From contig DASXZO010000108.1 in the NCBI GenBank assembly GCA_036501845.1, positions 14,025 to 78,024 on the forward strand: a stretch of 64,000 nucleotides of DNA, written 5' to 3'. Under the pieces are notes generated by a model. It was not told where the DNA came from and ran no database searches. It saw only the letters and a list, made by a program, of their open reading frames with translations. Below are positions 16,890 through 25,234 of the stretch, in pieces. This stretch comes from Acidimicrobiia bacterium (GTDB lineage: Bacteria; Actinomycetota; Acidimicrobiia; IMCC26256; PALSA-610). Every line of letters begins with the position of its first letter. Within the stretch, counting starts at the first letter, position 1. Both the position numbers and the translations under genes were made by a program.

Positions 16890-17657
16890 ATGGCAGTCGT
16901 CGAACAGGAACGGCGCGGGCGAGTGCAGATCCTCCGGCTCAACCGGCCCGAAGCCAGGAACGCAGTGAGCCCCGAGGTGAGCCAGGCGATGGCCGCGGCG
17001 CTCGACGCGATCGAGGACGACGGCGAGGTGCGCGCCGTGGTGGTCACGGGCACCGGCGACGTGTTCTGCGCCGGCGCCGACCTCAAAGTGGTGGCCGAAG
17101 GTCGCGGCATGGAGATCGCCCGGGCCAAGGGCGGCTTCGCCGGGCTCACGAACCGTGACTTCCCGAAGCCGATCATCGCTGCGGTGCAGGGCCCGGCGCT
17201 CGCAGGTGGCTTCGAGATCGTGCTCTCGTGCGATCTGGTGGTGGCCGCCGACGACGCCCGCTTCGGCATCCCCGAGGCGGCCCGGGGCCTGCTCGCCGCC
17301 GCCGGCGGGCTGATCCGGCTCCCCAAGCGGGTGCCGATGGCTTTGGCGCTGGAAATGGCGATGACGGGCGACCCGATTTCTGCCGACCGAGCCCACGAGC
17401 TCGGCCTCGTCAACCGGCTGGTGCCCAAGGCGGAGGTGCTCGACGCGGCGGTGGCGCTCGCCGATCGCATCGGGCAGAACTCGCCGATCGCCGTGCGCTT
17501 GTCGCGCAAGCTCGTGCGCGAAGCGGCCGAGATCAGTGAGGCCGACGGCTGGCGGCTCACCAACGAGTACGCGGTGCAGGTGTTCTCGAGCGGCGACGCC
17601 GTGGAGGGTGCCAGCGCTTTCGCCGAGAAGCGGTCGCCGAACTGGAAGAGCGCCTGA
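16890..17657 (+). CDS. Enoyl-CoA hydratase (crotonase family)
   Basis: ATG at 16890 with SD GGGAGAGG. Contains LNRPEARNA, TGTGDVFCAGADLK, GPALAGGFEIVLSCDL and EGASAFAEKRSPNW. It lacks the MenB-specific GGDQ and DADVGSFD blocks. Confidence 0.85.
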   Translation: MAVVEQERRGRVQILRLNRPEARNAVSPEVSQAMAAALDAIEDDGEVRAVVVTGTGDVFCAGADLKVVAEGRGMEIARAKGGFAGLTNRDFPKPIIAAVQGPALAGGFEIVLSCDLVVAADDARFGIPEAARGLLAAAGGLIRLPKRVPMALALEMAMTGDPISADRAHELGLVNRLVPKAEVLDAAVALADRIGQNSPIAVRLSRKLVREAAEISEADGWRLTNEYAVQVFSSGDAVEGASAFAEKRSPNWKSA

Positions 17658-17674
17658 GCCGAGGCCGCCCATTG

Positions 17675-17704
17675 CAATCGTGGGAGTGATCGCTCCTACG
17701 ATTG
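17675..17704. promoter_or_regulatory. 12-6-12 inverted repeat CAATCGTGGGAG-TGATCG-CTCCTACGATTG, candidate operator/promoter of merR-menG-menF
   Basis: Read directly; there is one mismatch between the arms. TACGAT (17697..17702) lies 6 nt upstream of the GTG at 17709. A near-identical dyad is at 26187..26216. Confidence 0.7.
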
Positions 17705-17708
17705 GGAT

Positions 17709-18521
17709 GTGCCCACCGATCAGCCACTCGACCAGCGTGGCGACGAGCGGGGCGAGCGTTATCGCGTCGACGAGCTGGGCGAGCTCACCGGCACGTCGGT
17801 CGACACGATCCGCTTCTACCAAAAGCGTCGGCTGCTCGATCCGCCCCGGCGCGACGGTCGCATTGCCTGGTACGGCCCCGAGCACCGAGAGCGGCTCGCC
17901 CGCATTCGCGAGCTGCGCCTGCGCGGTCTCACACTCGCCCTGATCGGACGGCTCGTGCGTGGCGAGCTCGACGCCAGCGACGCGCCGCTCGCCGCCGCGG
18001 TCGCCGCCGCCGACACCGGTGACGACAGCGAAGAGTTCCTCACGCTCGGCGAGCTCGCGGCCCGCACGAGCATGCCCGAGGAGCTGCTGCGCACCGTTGC
18101 GGCCGAGGGCCTGCTCGTGCCGCGCGTGCACGAAGGCGAACCGCGCTACACGGCGAGCGACGTCGACGTGATCGCGGCCGGTCTCGCGTTGATCGGCACT
18201 GGCCTGCCGATGACCGAGGTGCTCGCCCTCGCCCGTTCGCATCACGCCCGCACGCGCGCCACGGCCGAAGAGGCCGTGGCCATGTTCGACGAGTACATCC
18301 GCCGGCCGCTCCGCGCGAGCGAAGAACCCGACGACGACAAGGCCCAACGTCTGGTCGACGCGTTCCGCGTGATGCTTCCCGCGGTCACCGCGCTCGTGGA
18401 GCACCACTTCCGCCGCATGCTGCTCACGGTCGCGCAAGAACATCTCGAGTCGGTGGGCGACGCCACCGAGCTGGCCGCTGTCGCAGTTGAGGCAACCCGC
18501 CGCATCGAGCGCACGCCGTGA
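17709..18521 (+). CDS. MerR-family transcriptional regulator with two tandem MerR-type HTH modules
   Basis: 270 aa. First HTH: YRVDELGELTGTSVDTIRFYQKRRLL..RIAWYGPEH. Second: FLTLGELAARTSMPEELLRTVAAEGLL..PRYTASDV. The stop overlaps the menG start (GTGA). Confidence 0.8.
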   Translation: MPTDQPLDQRGDERGERYRVDELGELTGTSVDTIRFYQKRRLLDPPRRDGRIAWYGPEHRERLARIRELRLRGLTLALIGRLVRGELDASDAPLAAAVAAADTGDDSEEFLTLGELAARTSMPEELLRTVAAEGLLVPRVHEGEPRYTASDVDVIAAGLALIGTGLPMTEVLALARSHHARTRATAEEAVAMFDEYIRRPLRASEEPDDDKAQRLVDAFRVMLPAVTALVEHHFRRMLLTVAQEHLESVGDATELAAVAVEATRRIERTP

Positions 18522-19210
18522 CCGCCACGCGCCCGCTCCCCGCCGAGCATGAGAAAGCGGCCGCGGTCGAAGCGATGTTCGATCGCATCGCGCCGCGCTA
18601 CGACCGCATGAACCGGCTGCTCACGTTCCGTCTCGACGTCGGCTGGCGCCGGCGCGCGGTGGCGGCATTGAACCTTGGCGCCGGCGCGCGCGTGCTCGAC
18701 CTGGCGTGCGGCACCGGCGACCTGTGCAACGACCTGCAACAGGCAGGTTTCCACGTGGTCGGCGTCGACTTCTCCGCCGGGATGCTCGGTGCCGCCACCA
18801 CCACGGCGTCGCTCGTGCGCGGCGATGTGTTGCACCTCCCGGTGCCCAACGGGTCGATCGACGGCATCGCGTGCGGCTTCGCGCTGCGCAACTTCAGCGC
18901 CCTGCCGCCGTTCTTCGCGGCCTGCGCCACCGCGCTGCGAACCGGCGGGCGCGCCGCCTTTCTCGATGTCGGCGAGCCGCGCTCGGCCGTGCTCCGCGCC
19001 GGTCACACGCTCTACTTCCGGCGCGTCGTGCCGTTTATCGGCGGGCTGCTGAGCGACCGCGCCGCGTACTCGTACTTGCCCGCCTCGACCGCGTATCTCC
19101 CCCAGCCCGCCGAGCTCGTTGCACTCGTCGGTGCGGCCGGGTTCACCGACGTACGGCACCAGCGGCTCGGCCTCGGGGCCGCGCAACTCGTCACGGCAAC
19201 CCGTCGATGA
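18518..19210 (+). CDS. menG: Demethylmenaquinone methyltransferase (UbiE/MenG family)
   Basis: 230 aa. Contains AMFDRIAPRYDRMNRLLTF, the SAM motif VLDLACGTGD, and CGFALRN. Confidence 0.85.
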   Translation: MTATRPLPAEHEKAAAVEAMFDRIAPRYDRMNRLLTFRLDVGWRRRAVAALNLGAGARVLDLACGTGDLCNDLQQAGFHVVGVDFSAGMLGAATTTASLVRGDVLHLPVPNGSIDGIACGFALRNFSALPPFFAACATALRTGGRAAFLDVGEPRSAVLRAGHTLYFRRVVPFIGGLLSDRAAYSYLPASTAYLPQPAELVALVGAAGFTDVRHQRLGLGAAQLVTATRR

Positions 19211-20406
19211 CCGCCGGCACTTCCACCCAACTCGTCGCGCGTACGCGCACGGTCGACCGCCCTCACGATGTGGCCGCGGCGCTGGATTCTCTCGGCAACA
19301 ACGGCTTCTGCTGGATCGACGGCGACCGCGTGATCATCGCCGCGGGCGTTGCCGCGCGCGTCTCCGCGGCCCACGCCGGCGACATGTTGCAATCGGTGAC
19401 CGTCGACGGCGACACGAGGTTCGGACCGATCGCGTGCGGCGCGCTCACGTTCGACGCACCGTCCGACGCACTGTTGACGATCCCAGCTCGCGTGTTACGA
19501 GTCGACAATGACGGCGCGCGAATCACCGAGATCGACGGCGCACCGGTGGGCGCGCCACCCGCGTGGTCTGGAGTGCCGCGTCGCTTCGCGGTCGAGGCTC
19601 GTCAAGACCTCGCCACATGGGACACGGCCGTCGCCGCGGTGACCGCGCGCATCGACCGCGGCGAGGTGGTGAAGGTGGTGCTCGCACGCGAGGTCACCAT
19701 CGATGCCGACACCGCACTCGCACCGGTCGACGTGCTCGCTCGGTTGTACGCCGCGCAGCCTGGTTGCTTCGTGTTCGGCGCCGGACGCGCACCCGATCGC
19801 TGGTTCGTGGGCGCGAGCCCCGAGCTACTCGTGCGGCGGCGCGGCGAAATCGTGGAGTCGCGACCCATGGCCGGCACGGTCGCGCGCGGTGCGCGGCCGG
19901 ACGACGACGCCGCCGCGGTCGCTGCACTCGACGCCTCGCCGAAGCAGCGATCCGAGCACCGCATTGTGATCGACGCAGTGGTGGCTGGACTTGCTCGCCA
20001 TTGCGACGAGGTCGTCGCCGGCGAGCCCGAGGCCGTTCGCTACACCGCAGTCACGCACCTCGCCACGCGGATTCGCGGCCGGATCCGCCACAATGCCAGC
20101 GCGCTCGACCTCGCGCTCGATCTTCACCCCACGCCGGCGGTCGGCGGCACGCCCAACGATGCCGCGCGCAAGGCGATCACCGAGCTCGAGCCGTTCGACC
20201 GCGGGCACTACGCCGCGCCGGTCGGATGGGTCGACGCCCACGGTGACGGAGAGTTCGCGGTGGCGCTGCGATGTGCGGAGCTGCGCGGCTCGCACGCGCG
20301 CCTGCTCGCGGGCGCGGGCATCGTTGCCGGCTCCGATCCCGACGACGAATGGGCCGAGACGCAAGCCAAGCTCGAACCCATGCTCCGAGCCCTCGTGCGG
20401 CCGTAA
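19207..20406 (+). CDS. menF: Isochorismate synthase
   Basis: ATG at 19207 overlaps the menG stop (ATGA). Chorismate-binding blocks are present: SPELLV, RPMAGT, LHPTPAVGGTP, FDRGHYAAPVGW, GAGIV.GSDP..E..ET..K. Confidence 0.85.
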   Translation: MTAGTSTQLVARTRTVDRPHDVAAALDSLGNNGFCWIDGDRVIIAAGVAARVSAAHAGDMLQSVTVDGDTRFGPIACGALTFDAPSDALLTIPARVLRVDNDGARITEIDGAPVGAPPAWSGVPRRFAVEARQDLATWDTAVAAVTARIDRGEVVKVVLAREVTIDADTALAPVDVLARLYAAQPGCFVFGAGRAPDRWFVGASPELLVRRRGEIVESRPMAGTVARGARPDDDAAAVAALDASPKQRSEHRIVIDAVVAGLARHCDEVVAGEPEAVRYTAVTHLATRIRGRIRHNASALDLALDLHPTPAVGGTPNDAARKAITELEPFDRGHYAAPVGWVDAHGDGEFAVALRCAELRGSHARLLAGAGIVAGSDPDDEWAETQAKLEPMLRALVRP

Positions 20407-20440
20407 TGCGTGTGCCTCGCCTGCGTTCCGCGGCGAGCAG

Positions 20441-21196
20441 TCAGACGATGGTGGCGCCGCCGTCGACCGCGATGATCTGGCCGTTCATGTAGGCGAAGTC
20501 GTCGCTGAGCAAACTCGCGATCGTGTCGCCGAGCTCGGCCGCAGTGCCGACGCGGCGCAGCGGGATGCCCTTCGAGTTCTTGGCCGCGTACTCGGGGTCG
20601 GCCCACGCTGCACCCATGCCTTCACCCGCCGTCGCGCCGGGGCACACGCAGTTGACGCGCACACCGCGCTTGCCGTGCTGGAACGCCGCCAGACGAGTGA
20701 GCGCGATCACACCGCCCTTGCTCGCGGTGTAACCCGAACCGAAGCCGTGCCCTCGAAGCCCCGCGGTCGACGCAATCGTCACGATCGCGCCCCCCGCCTC
20801 AAGATGCGCGAGCACCGCGCGCAGCACGAGAAACGTGCCCTTCAGGTTCACGCCCAGTACTCGTTCGAACACGCTCGGGTCAACCTTCGTGATGTCGGTG
20901 TAGTCGCCGGGATCGAAAATCCCCGCGCACGTCGCCGCACCGTGAATCGACGAGAAGCGATCGATGGTGGACGCGACCGCCGCGTCGATGAACGCGGGAT
21001 CGGACACGTCGCCCTCGCGCACGATCGCGCGCTGTTCGTCACCGATCTCGTGGGCAACCGCGGCGGCGCGTACACCGTCGATATCGACGAGCACCACATT
21101 GGCGCCCTCGCGCCCGAGCCGCAGCGCGGTGGCGCGGCCCATGCCACTCCCTGCGCCGGTCACGAGATACGTACGGCCCGCGAACTCCCTCTCCAT
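20441..21196 (-). CDS. Short-chain dehydrogenase/reductase (SDR)
   Basis: 251 aa. Contains TGAGSGMG (TGxxxGxG), the catalytic YTASK (YxxxK), and NCVCPG. Confidence 0.85.
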   Translation of the reverse strand: MEREFAGRTYLVTGAGSGMGRATALRLGREGANVVLVDIDGVRAAAVAHEIGDEQRAIVREGDVSDPAFIDAAVASTIDRFSSIHGAATCAGIFDPGDYTDITKVDPSVFERVLGVNLKGTFLVLRAVLAHLEAGGAIVTIASTAGLRGHGFGSGYTASKGGVIALTRLAAFQHGKRGVRVNCVCPGATAGEGMGAAWADPEYAAKNSKGIPLRRVGTAAELGDTIASLLSDDFAYMNGQIIAVDGGATIV

Positions 21197-21291
21197 GTCT
21201 TACCTCTTGTTCGCTGCGCTCACGGGCCGGTGAACCTTCCCTCGCTCCGCGAACGCATGTGCGCACCCGGGGCTTGCGGTCGCTCGGCTGG
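21197..21291 (-). promoter_or_regulatory. Family B conserved leader element, copy A (upstream of the SDR gene)
   Basis: RNA sense is CCAGCCGAGCGACCGC, then a 26-nt variable part, then ..GGAGCGAGGGAAGGTTCACCGGCCCGTGAGCGCAGCGAACAAGAGGTAAGAC-ATG. Against 50846..50941 it shares an identical 16-nt block and a 53-nt block with 46/53 matches. Confidence 0.7.
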
Positions 21292-21338
21292 TCTCCGCAG
21301 CCTTGCACAGCGAATGCCCACCGTCAGAAGATGACGGC

Positions 21339-22391
21339 ATGACCCAGACCACCACCGCCACGATGCTGGCCGCTGTGTACAACGGCGACGGCCACATGCT
21401 CGTCGAGTCGATTTCTGTACCGGAGCCGCGCGCCGGCGAGGTGCTGATTGCGGTGTCGCATTGCGGGATTTGCGGTACCGACCTCCATCTCGTGCTCGAA
21501 AAGTACGCACGACCCGGCGCGGTGCTCGGCCATGAATGGGCCGGAACGATCGCTGCGCTCGGCGAAGGCGTGGAGGGGTGGCGCGTCGGGCAGCGAGTGG
21601 TGGCGGGTCCCACACCCGGCTGCGGCGAGTGCCGTTCGTGCCGCCGGAACCGCCCGTCGGTGTGTCGGCGGCGCGAAGAGCCGGATTACCTCGGGTTCTC
21701 CGGCGCGTACTGCGAGTACAAGACAGTGTCTGCGGCACGGCTCATTGAACTCCCGGAGTCGCTGAGCACGCGCGCGGCTGCACTCACCGAACCCACAGCA
21801 ATCGCCATCCACACGGTCGGGCTAGCCGACATCGAGCCCGACGACCGAGTGCTCGTCACCGGCGGCGGACCTGTCGGGTTGCTCACCACGGCGGTGCTGC
21901 GACAGCGCGGCATCACCGACATCACGGTGAGTGAACCGTCACCCGTGCGGCGCGAGCGTGCACTCGCAGTGGGCGCGCGGGCCGTCGTGAAACCTGAGGA
22001 TCTCCCTCGGGCGCCAATCGGCCGCGCCCAACCCGGCACGTTCGATATGGCGTTCGAGTGTTCAGGTAACGCCAAGGCCGCCGAATCGGCGATTGACCAG
22101 CTCAACTATGCGGGAACACTCGTATTCGTGGGTACCGGACACGAGTCGCCGCGCGTCAACCACAACCGGGCGATCGTGCTGGAGCTCACGATCATCGGTG
22201 CGTACAACTACGACGCCGATGGCTTCGGGCCTGCAGTGGCTCTGCTCGCGTCGGGCGATCTACCCCTCGATGCACTGATCGAGGACGACGACATCACGCT
22301 CGACGCGCTCGATGGCACGCTGCGCAGGCTCGCGGCGGGTGAACTACCCGGCAAGGTGATGGTGCGCCCGGAAGTGAGGACAGTTTCATGA
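21339..22391 (+). CDS. Zinc-dependent alcohol dehydrogenase (MDR family; threonine/sorbitol dehydrogenase-like)
   Basis: Preferred start is MTQTTT at 21339. Contains CGICGTDLH, GHEWAG, the structural Zn cluster GCGECRSCRRN and GGGPVG. Confidence 0.85.
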   Translation: MTQTTTATMLAAVYNGDGHMLVESISVPEPRAGEVLIAVSHCGICGTDLHLVLEKYARPGAVLGHEWAGTIAALGEGVEGWRVGQRVVAGPTPGCGECRSCRRNRPSVCRRREEPDYLGFSGAYCEYKTVSAARLIELPESLSTRAAALTEPTAIAIHTVGLADIEPDDRVLVTGGGPVGLLTTAVLRQRGITDITVSEPSPVRRERALAVGARAVVKPEDLPRAPIGRAQPGTFDMAFECSGNAKAAESAIDQLNYAGTLVFVGTGHESPRVNHNRAIVLELTIIGAYNYDADGFGPAVALLASGDLPLDALIEDDDITLDALDGTLRRLAAGELPGKVMVRPEVRTVS

Positions 22392-22822
22392 AACTGAACC
22401 ATGTCGCCGTGCGTCTGCCCCGTACCGCGCTCGACGAACCGAGTCGATCCGACATTCTCTCGTTCTGCGGTGCGGTGTTCGGCTGGCGTGAAGGCGACAA
22501 CGCCGGAGAGCCCGATGATCCGCTCGTGATGACCACGGGCTCGTTCGGCGAATTCGTGTATCTGGCGAGGTCCGACGATCCTGCGCTGATCTCCGAGCGC
22601 GGCGAGCTCGACCATTTCGGCGTGCTCGTGGAATCGATCGATGAGATGAAGGCCATGTCCGAGCGCGCCTCGGCACACGAATCGGCCGACCGCAAGGCCC
22701 ACGTCACCGACATCGGCGCACGCACCACGAACGGCCCGACCGCCACGTACACGCTCACGAGCTGCTACATCACGTACGCGCCGCTGCCGACGGTGGAAAT
22801 CCAGCACCTCCGTCGTCACTGA
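22388..22822 (+). CDS. VOC/glyoxalase-fold family protein
   Basis: 144 aa. The ATG overlaps the ADH stop (ATGA). Contains MKLNHVAV.. and ..LDHFGVLVESIDE.., typical of the VOC beta-alpha-beta-beta-beta module. Confidence 0.5.
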   Translation: MKLNHVAVRLPRTALDEPSRSDILSFCGAVFGWREGDNAGEPDDPLVMTTGSFGEFVYLARSDDPALISERGELDHFGVLVESIDEMKAMSERASAHESADRKAHVTDIGARTTNGPTATYTLTSCYITYAPLPTVEIQHLRRH

Positions 22823-24509
22823 CGGCACTCGCCGCCGCGGCCCATAACTCGCGGTGATGCGCGACGTCGGCGTCGCGATCAAGCACCGGCGCCACGACAA
22901 CTCGCACGCCGCGGTTGCCCACCGCCGACGCGATCGTGCGCCGAAATTCGTCGGCGTCGGCGACGCGCGTCGCGTCGACGCCGTAGGCGCGCGCCAGTGC
23001 CACGAGGTCGACGTGTTGCGGTGTGCCGAAGAGTTGCTCGAACTCGCCGGCGTCGCTGTGCTCGCGCTGAGCGAGAAACGAGAAGATGCCGCCACCATCG
23101 TTGTCGACGACCACGATGGTGAGGTCGACATCGCGATCGCCGAGGCGGAGTAGCGATCCGGCGTCGTGCAGGAATGCGAGGTCGCCGATGAGCACGTACG
23201 TGGGCGCGCCGCTGCCGATGGCGACTCCCGTGCCGGTGGCGATCGTGCCGTCGATGCCGTTGACGCCACGGTTCGCGTGCGCGGTGACGCCCGCGAGCGG
23301 ACCGCCGAACCACTCGAGGTCGCGCACCGGCATGCTCGAGGCCGCCGCGAGCTGCGCGCCGTGAGGGAGTGACCGCACGAGATCGCGCGCGACCTGCGGC
23401 CCAGTCGCGTGATCCACGGTGTCGAGCACCGCACCAATCGCGGCACCGGCCCGAACGTCGAGCTCGCACCAACGTTCACGCCAACCAGGCGCGCCGGAAG
23501 CCGCTTGGGTGAGCCGGTCGGCAACGAGGTCGGCTTCGGCCACGATGCGAGAGGTGGCCGAACGGGTTGGGTCGATGCCGAGGCCTCGAGGGTCGACCAT
23601 CACGTGCGGTCGCACCGGCGCCAGCCATTCGGTGACCACCTTCGACGTGAGCGCAGCGCCGAAACGCAGCACCATGTCGGGGCGCAGCTCGTCGGCGAGC
23701 GCCGGAACGCGCACGAGTGCCTCGTAGTGCGCCACCGCGCCGACGGCGCTGCGCGCGTTCGAGATGGCGTCGGCGAGCACCGGCCAACCGGACGCGTCGG
23801 ACAGCCGTGCAAGTGCCGTGGCACTCACGTCGCAACCCCAACCCGCAACGATCACGCCGCGGCGCGCGGTGCGCATCGCCTCGACGAGTGCACTGATCGC
23901 GCGGTCGTCAACCACCACGGTCTGCGCGGCGACTGATTGCGCGGGCGTGGGCGCGCCGCGCGACGTTCCTGGTGGGCCCACCAGCGGTTCGCGGAACGCG
24001 AGGTTCACGTGCACCGGGCCGGGATGCTCGCCCACCGCCGCCGCGTACGAACGCGCCGCGAGATCGCGCCAGGCGTCGGCCGCGACCGTGTCGGGCGGTC
24101 CGGGGTCGCACCGCAGTCGCAACGCGTCGCCGTAGAGCTCGCCCTGTTCGATCGTCTGCGCCGAGCCGATGCCGTGGAGCTCCGGCGGGCGGTCGGCCGT
24201 GACCACCAACATCGGCACACCCGCCTGGTGCGCCTCGACCACCGCGGCATGGAAGTGCGTAGTGGCTGTGCCCGACGTGCACAGCACGAGCGCGGGCTGG
24301 CGCGTCGCCCGCCCGATACCCAGTGCCACGAACGCCGCGCTCCGTTCGTCGAGCACCACCTCCAGTTGCACGCGGGCATCGCGAGCCAGCGCGAGTGCGA
24401 GCGGTGCCGAGCGCGATCCGGGTGCGGCCACCGCGTGGCGCAATCCCTGGTGCACCCACTCGTCCACGAGCGTGGTGCAGTAGTCCGCGTTGAGCGCCGC
24501 AACGTTCAT
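22770..24509 (-). CDS. menD: 2-succinyl-5-enolpyruvyl-6-hydroxy-3-cyclohexene-1-carboxylate (SEPHCHC) synthase
   Basis: 579 aa. Contains APGSRSAPLA, LDERSAAFVALG, TSGTATTHF and the ThDP motif IGDLAFLHD...VVVDNDGGGIF. The C-terminal tail overlaps the convergent VOC gene by 53 nt. Confidence 0.9.
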   Translation of the reverse strand: MNVAALNADYCTTLVDEWVHQGLRHAVAAPGSRSAPLALALARDARVQLEVVLDERSAAFVALGIGRATRQPALVLCTSGTATTHFHAAVVEAHQAGVPMLVVTADRPPELHGIGSAQTIEQGELYGDALRLRCDPGPPDTVAADAWRDLAARSYAAAVGEHPGPVHVNLAFREPLVGPPGTSRGAPTPAQSVAAQTVVVDDRAISALVEAMRTARRGVIVAGWGCDVSATALARLSDASGWPVLADAISNARSAVGAVAHYEALVRVPALADELRPDMVLRFGAALTSKVVTEWLAPVRPHVMVDPRGLGIDPTRSATSRIVAEADLVADRLTQAASGAPGWRERWCELDVRAGAAIGAVLDTVDHATGPQVARDLVRSLPHGAQLAAASSMPVRDLEWFGGPLAGVTAHANRGVNGIDGTIATGTGVAIGSGAPTYVLIGDLAFLHDAGSLLRLGDRDVDLTIVVVDNDGGGIFSFLAQREHSDAGEFEQLFGTPQHVDLVALARAYGVDATRVADADEFRRTIASAVGNRGVRVVVAPVLDRDADVAHHRELWAAAASAVSDDGGAGFPPSAAART

Positions 24510-24523
24510 GCCAGGATGACCCG

Positions 24524-25234
24524 ATGCCGATGCTGTTCGTGCCCGGCTTCACGCAGACGCCGTCGAGCTGGGACGGCGTGCGCGCGCACCTCGACCGGAG
24601 CGACACCAAGGCGCTGGCCGTGCCCGAGCGCGATTCCTTCGCCGCCACAGTTGACGCGCTCGCCGAAACCGGCGGCGCAGGAGCGTGGTGCGGCTACTCG
24701 ATGGGCGGCCGGCTCGCGCTGGCCATCGCCCTGGCGCATCCCCACCTCGTGCGCAAGCTTGTCTTGGTGAGCGCCACTGCGGGCCTGGCCGACGCCGCCG
24801 AGCGGCGCGACCGGGTGGAAGCCGACGAGCAACTCGCGGGCACGATCGAGCGCGACGGCACCGCGGCGTTCCTTGGGCGCTGGCTGGCCCAACCCATGTT
24901 CGCCGACGTTCCCGCCGACGCACCCGGCGTGCGCGACCGTGCCGCGGCCACCCCCGCGGCGCTCGCGCACGCACTGCGCACCCTCGGCACGGGGTCGATG
25001 CCGTCGATGTGGGATCGCCTCGGCGAGCTGGCAATGCCGGTGCTCGTGGTCACCGGCCGCGCCGACGCCAAGTACACCCAGATCGGCGACGCCATGACCG
25101 AGCGCATCACCGGGGCGCGCCGAGCACAGCTCGCGTGTGGGCATGCGGTGCCTCTCGTGCAGCCGGCCGAACTCGCAGCCCGGCTTCACGACTTCACCAA
25201 ACCACCGGCGAGCAGCAACGACACCACGAGCTGA
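24524..25234 (+). CDS. menH: Alpha/beta hydrolase, probable SHCHC synthase
   Basis: 236 aa with the nucleophile elbow GYSMGG. The call rests on its position between menD and menA. The start is 14 nt from the divergent menD start. Confidence 0.6.
   Translation: MPMLFVPGFTQTPSSWDGVRAHLDRSDTKALAVPERDSFAATVDALAETGGAGAWCGYSMGGRLALAIALAHPHLVRKLVLVSATAGLADAAERRDRVEADEQLAGTIERDGTAAFLGRWLAQPMFADVPADAPGVRDRAAATPAALAHALRTLGTGSMPSMWDRLGELAMPVLVVTGRADAKYTQIGDAMTERITGARRAQLACGHAVPLVQPAELAARLHDFTKPPASSNDTTS

Noticed and set aside
15550-17657. Either crotonase-family gene as the missing menB (DHNA-CoA synthase)
   Set aside because: Both lack the MenB-specific GGDQ and DADVGSFD-type blocks and are about 50 residues shorter than typical MenB. 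I call them generic enoyl-CoA hydratases. menB and menC are not in this window.
16337-18443. 446-aa and 657-aa minus-strand ORFs
   Set aside because: They are antisense to the crotonase and MerR genes, which carry clear motifs. They are shadow ORFs.
20407-20440. Hairpin CTCGCC-N10-GGCGAG between convergent menF and the SDR gene as a bidirectional terminator
   Set aside because: The stem is only 6 bp, the loop is 10 nt, and there is no U/A tract on either side. That is too weak to call.
21197-21291. Family B element as a known riboswitch (cobalamin, glycine, SAM-IV, ZTP or c-di-AMP)
   Set aside because: AGGGAA and CACCGG fragments are superficially reminiscent. However, the B12 box, the glycine GGAGAG..CACCG tandem arrangement and the other class-defining cores are absent, and the downstream genes do not fit those ligands.
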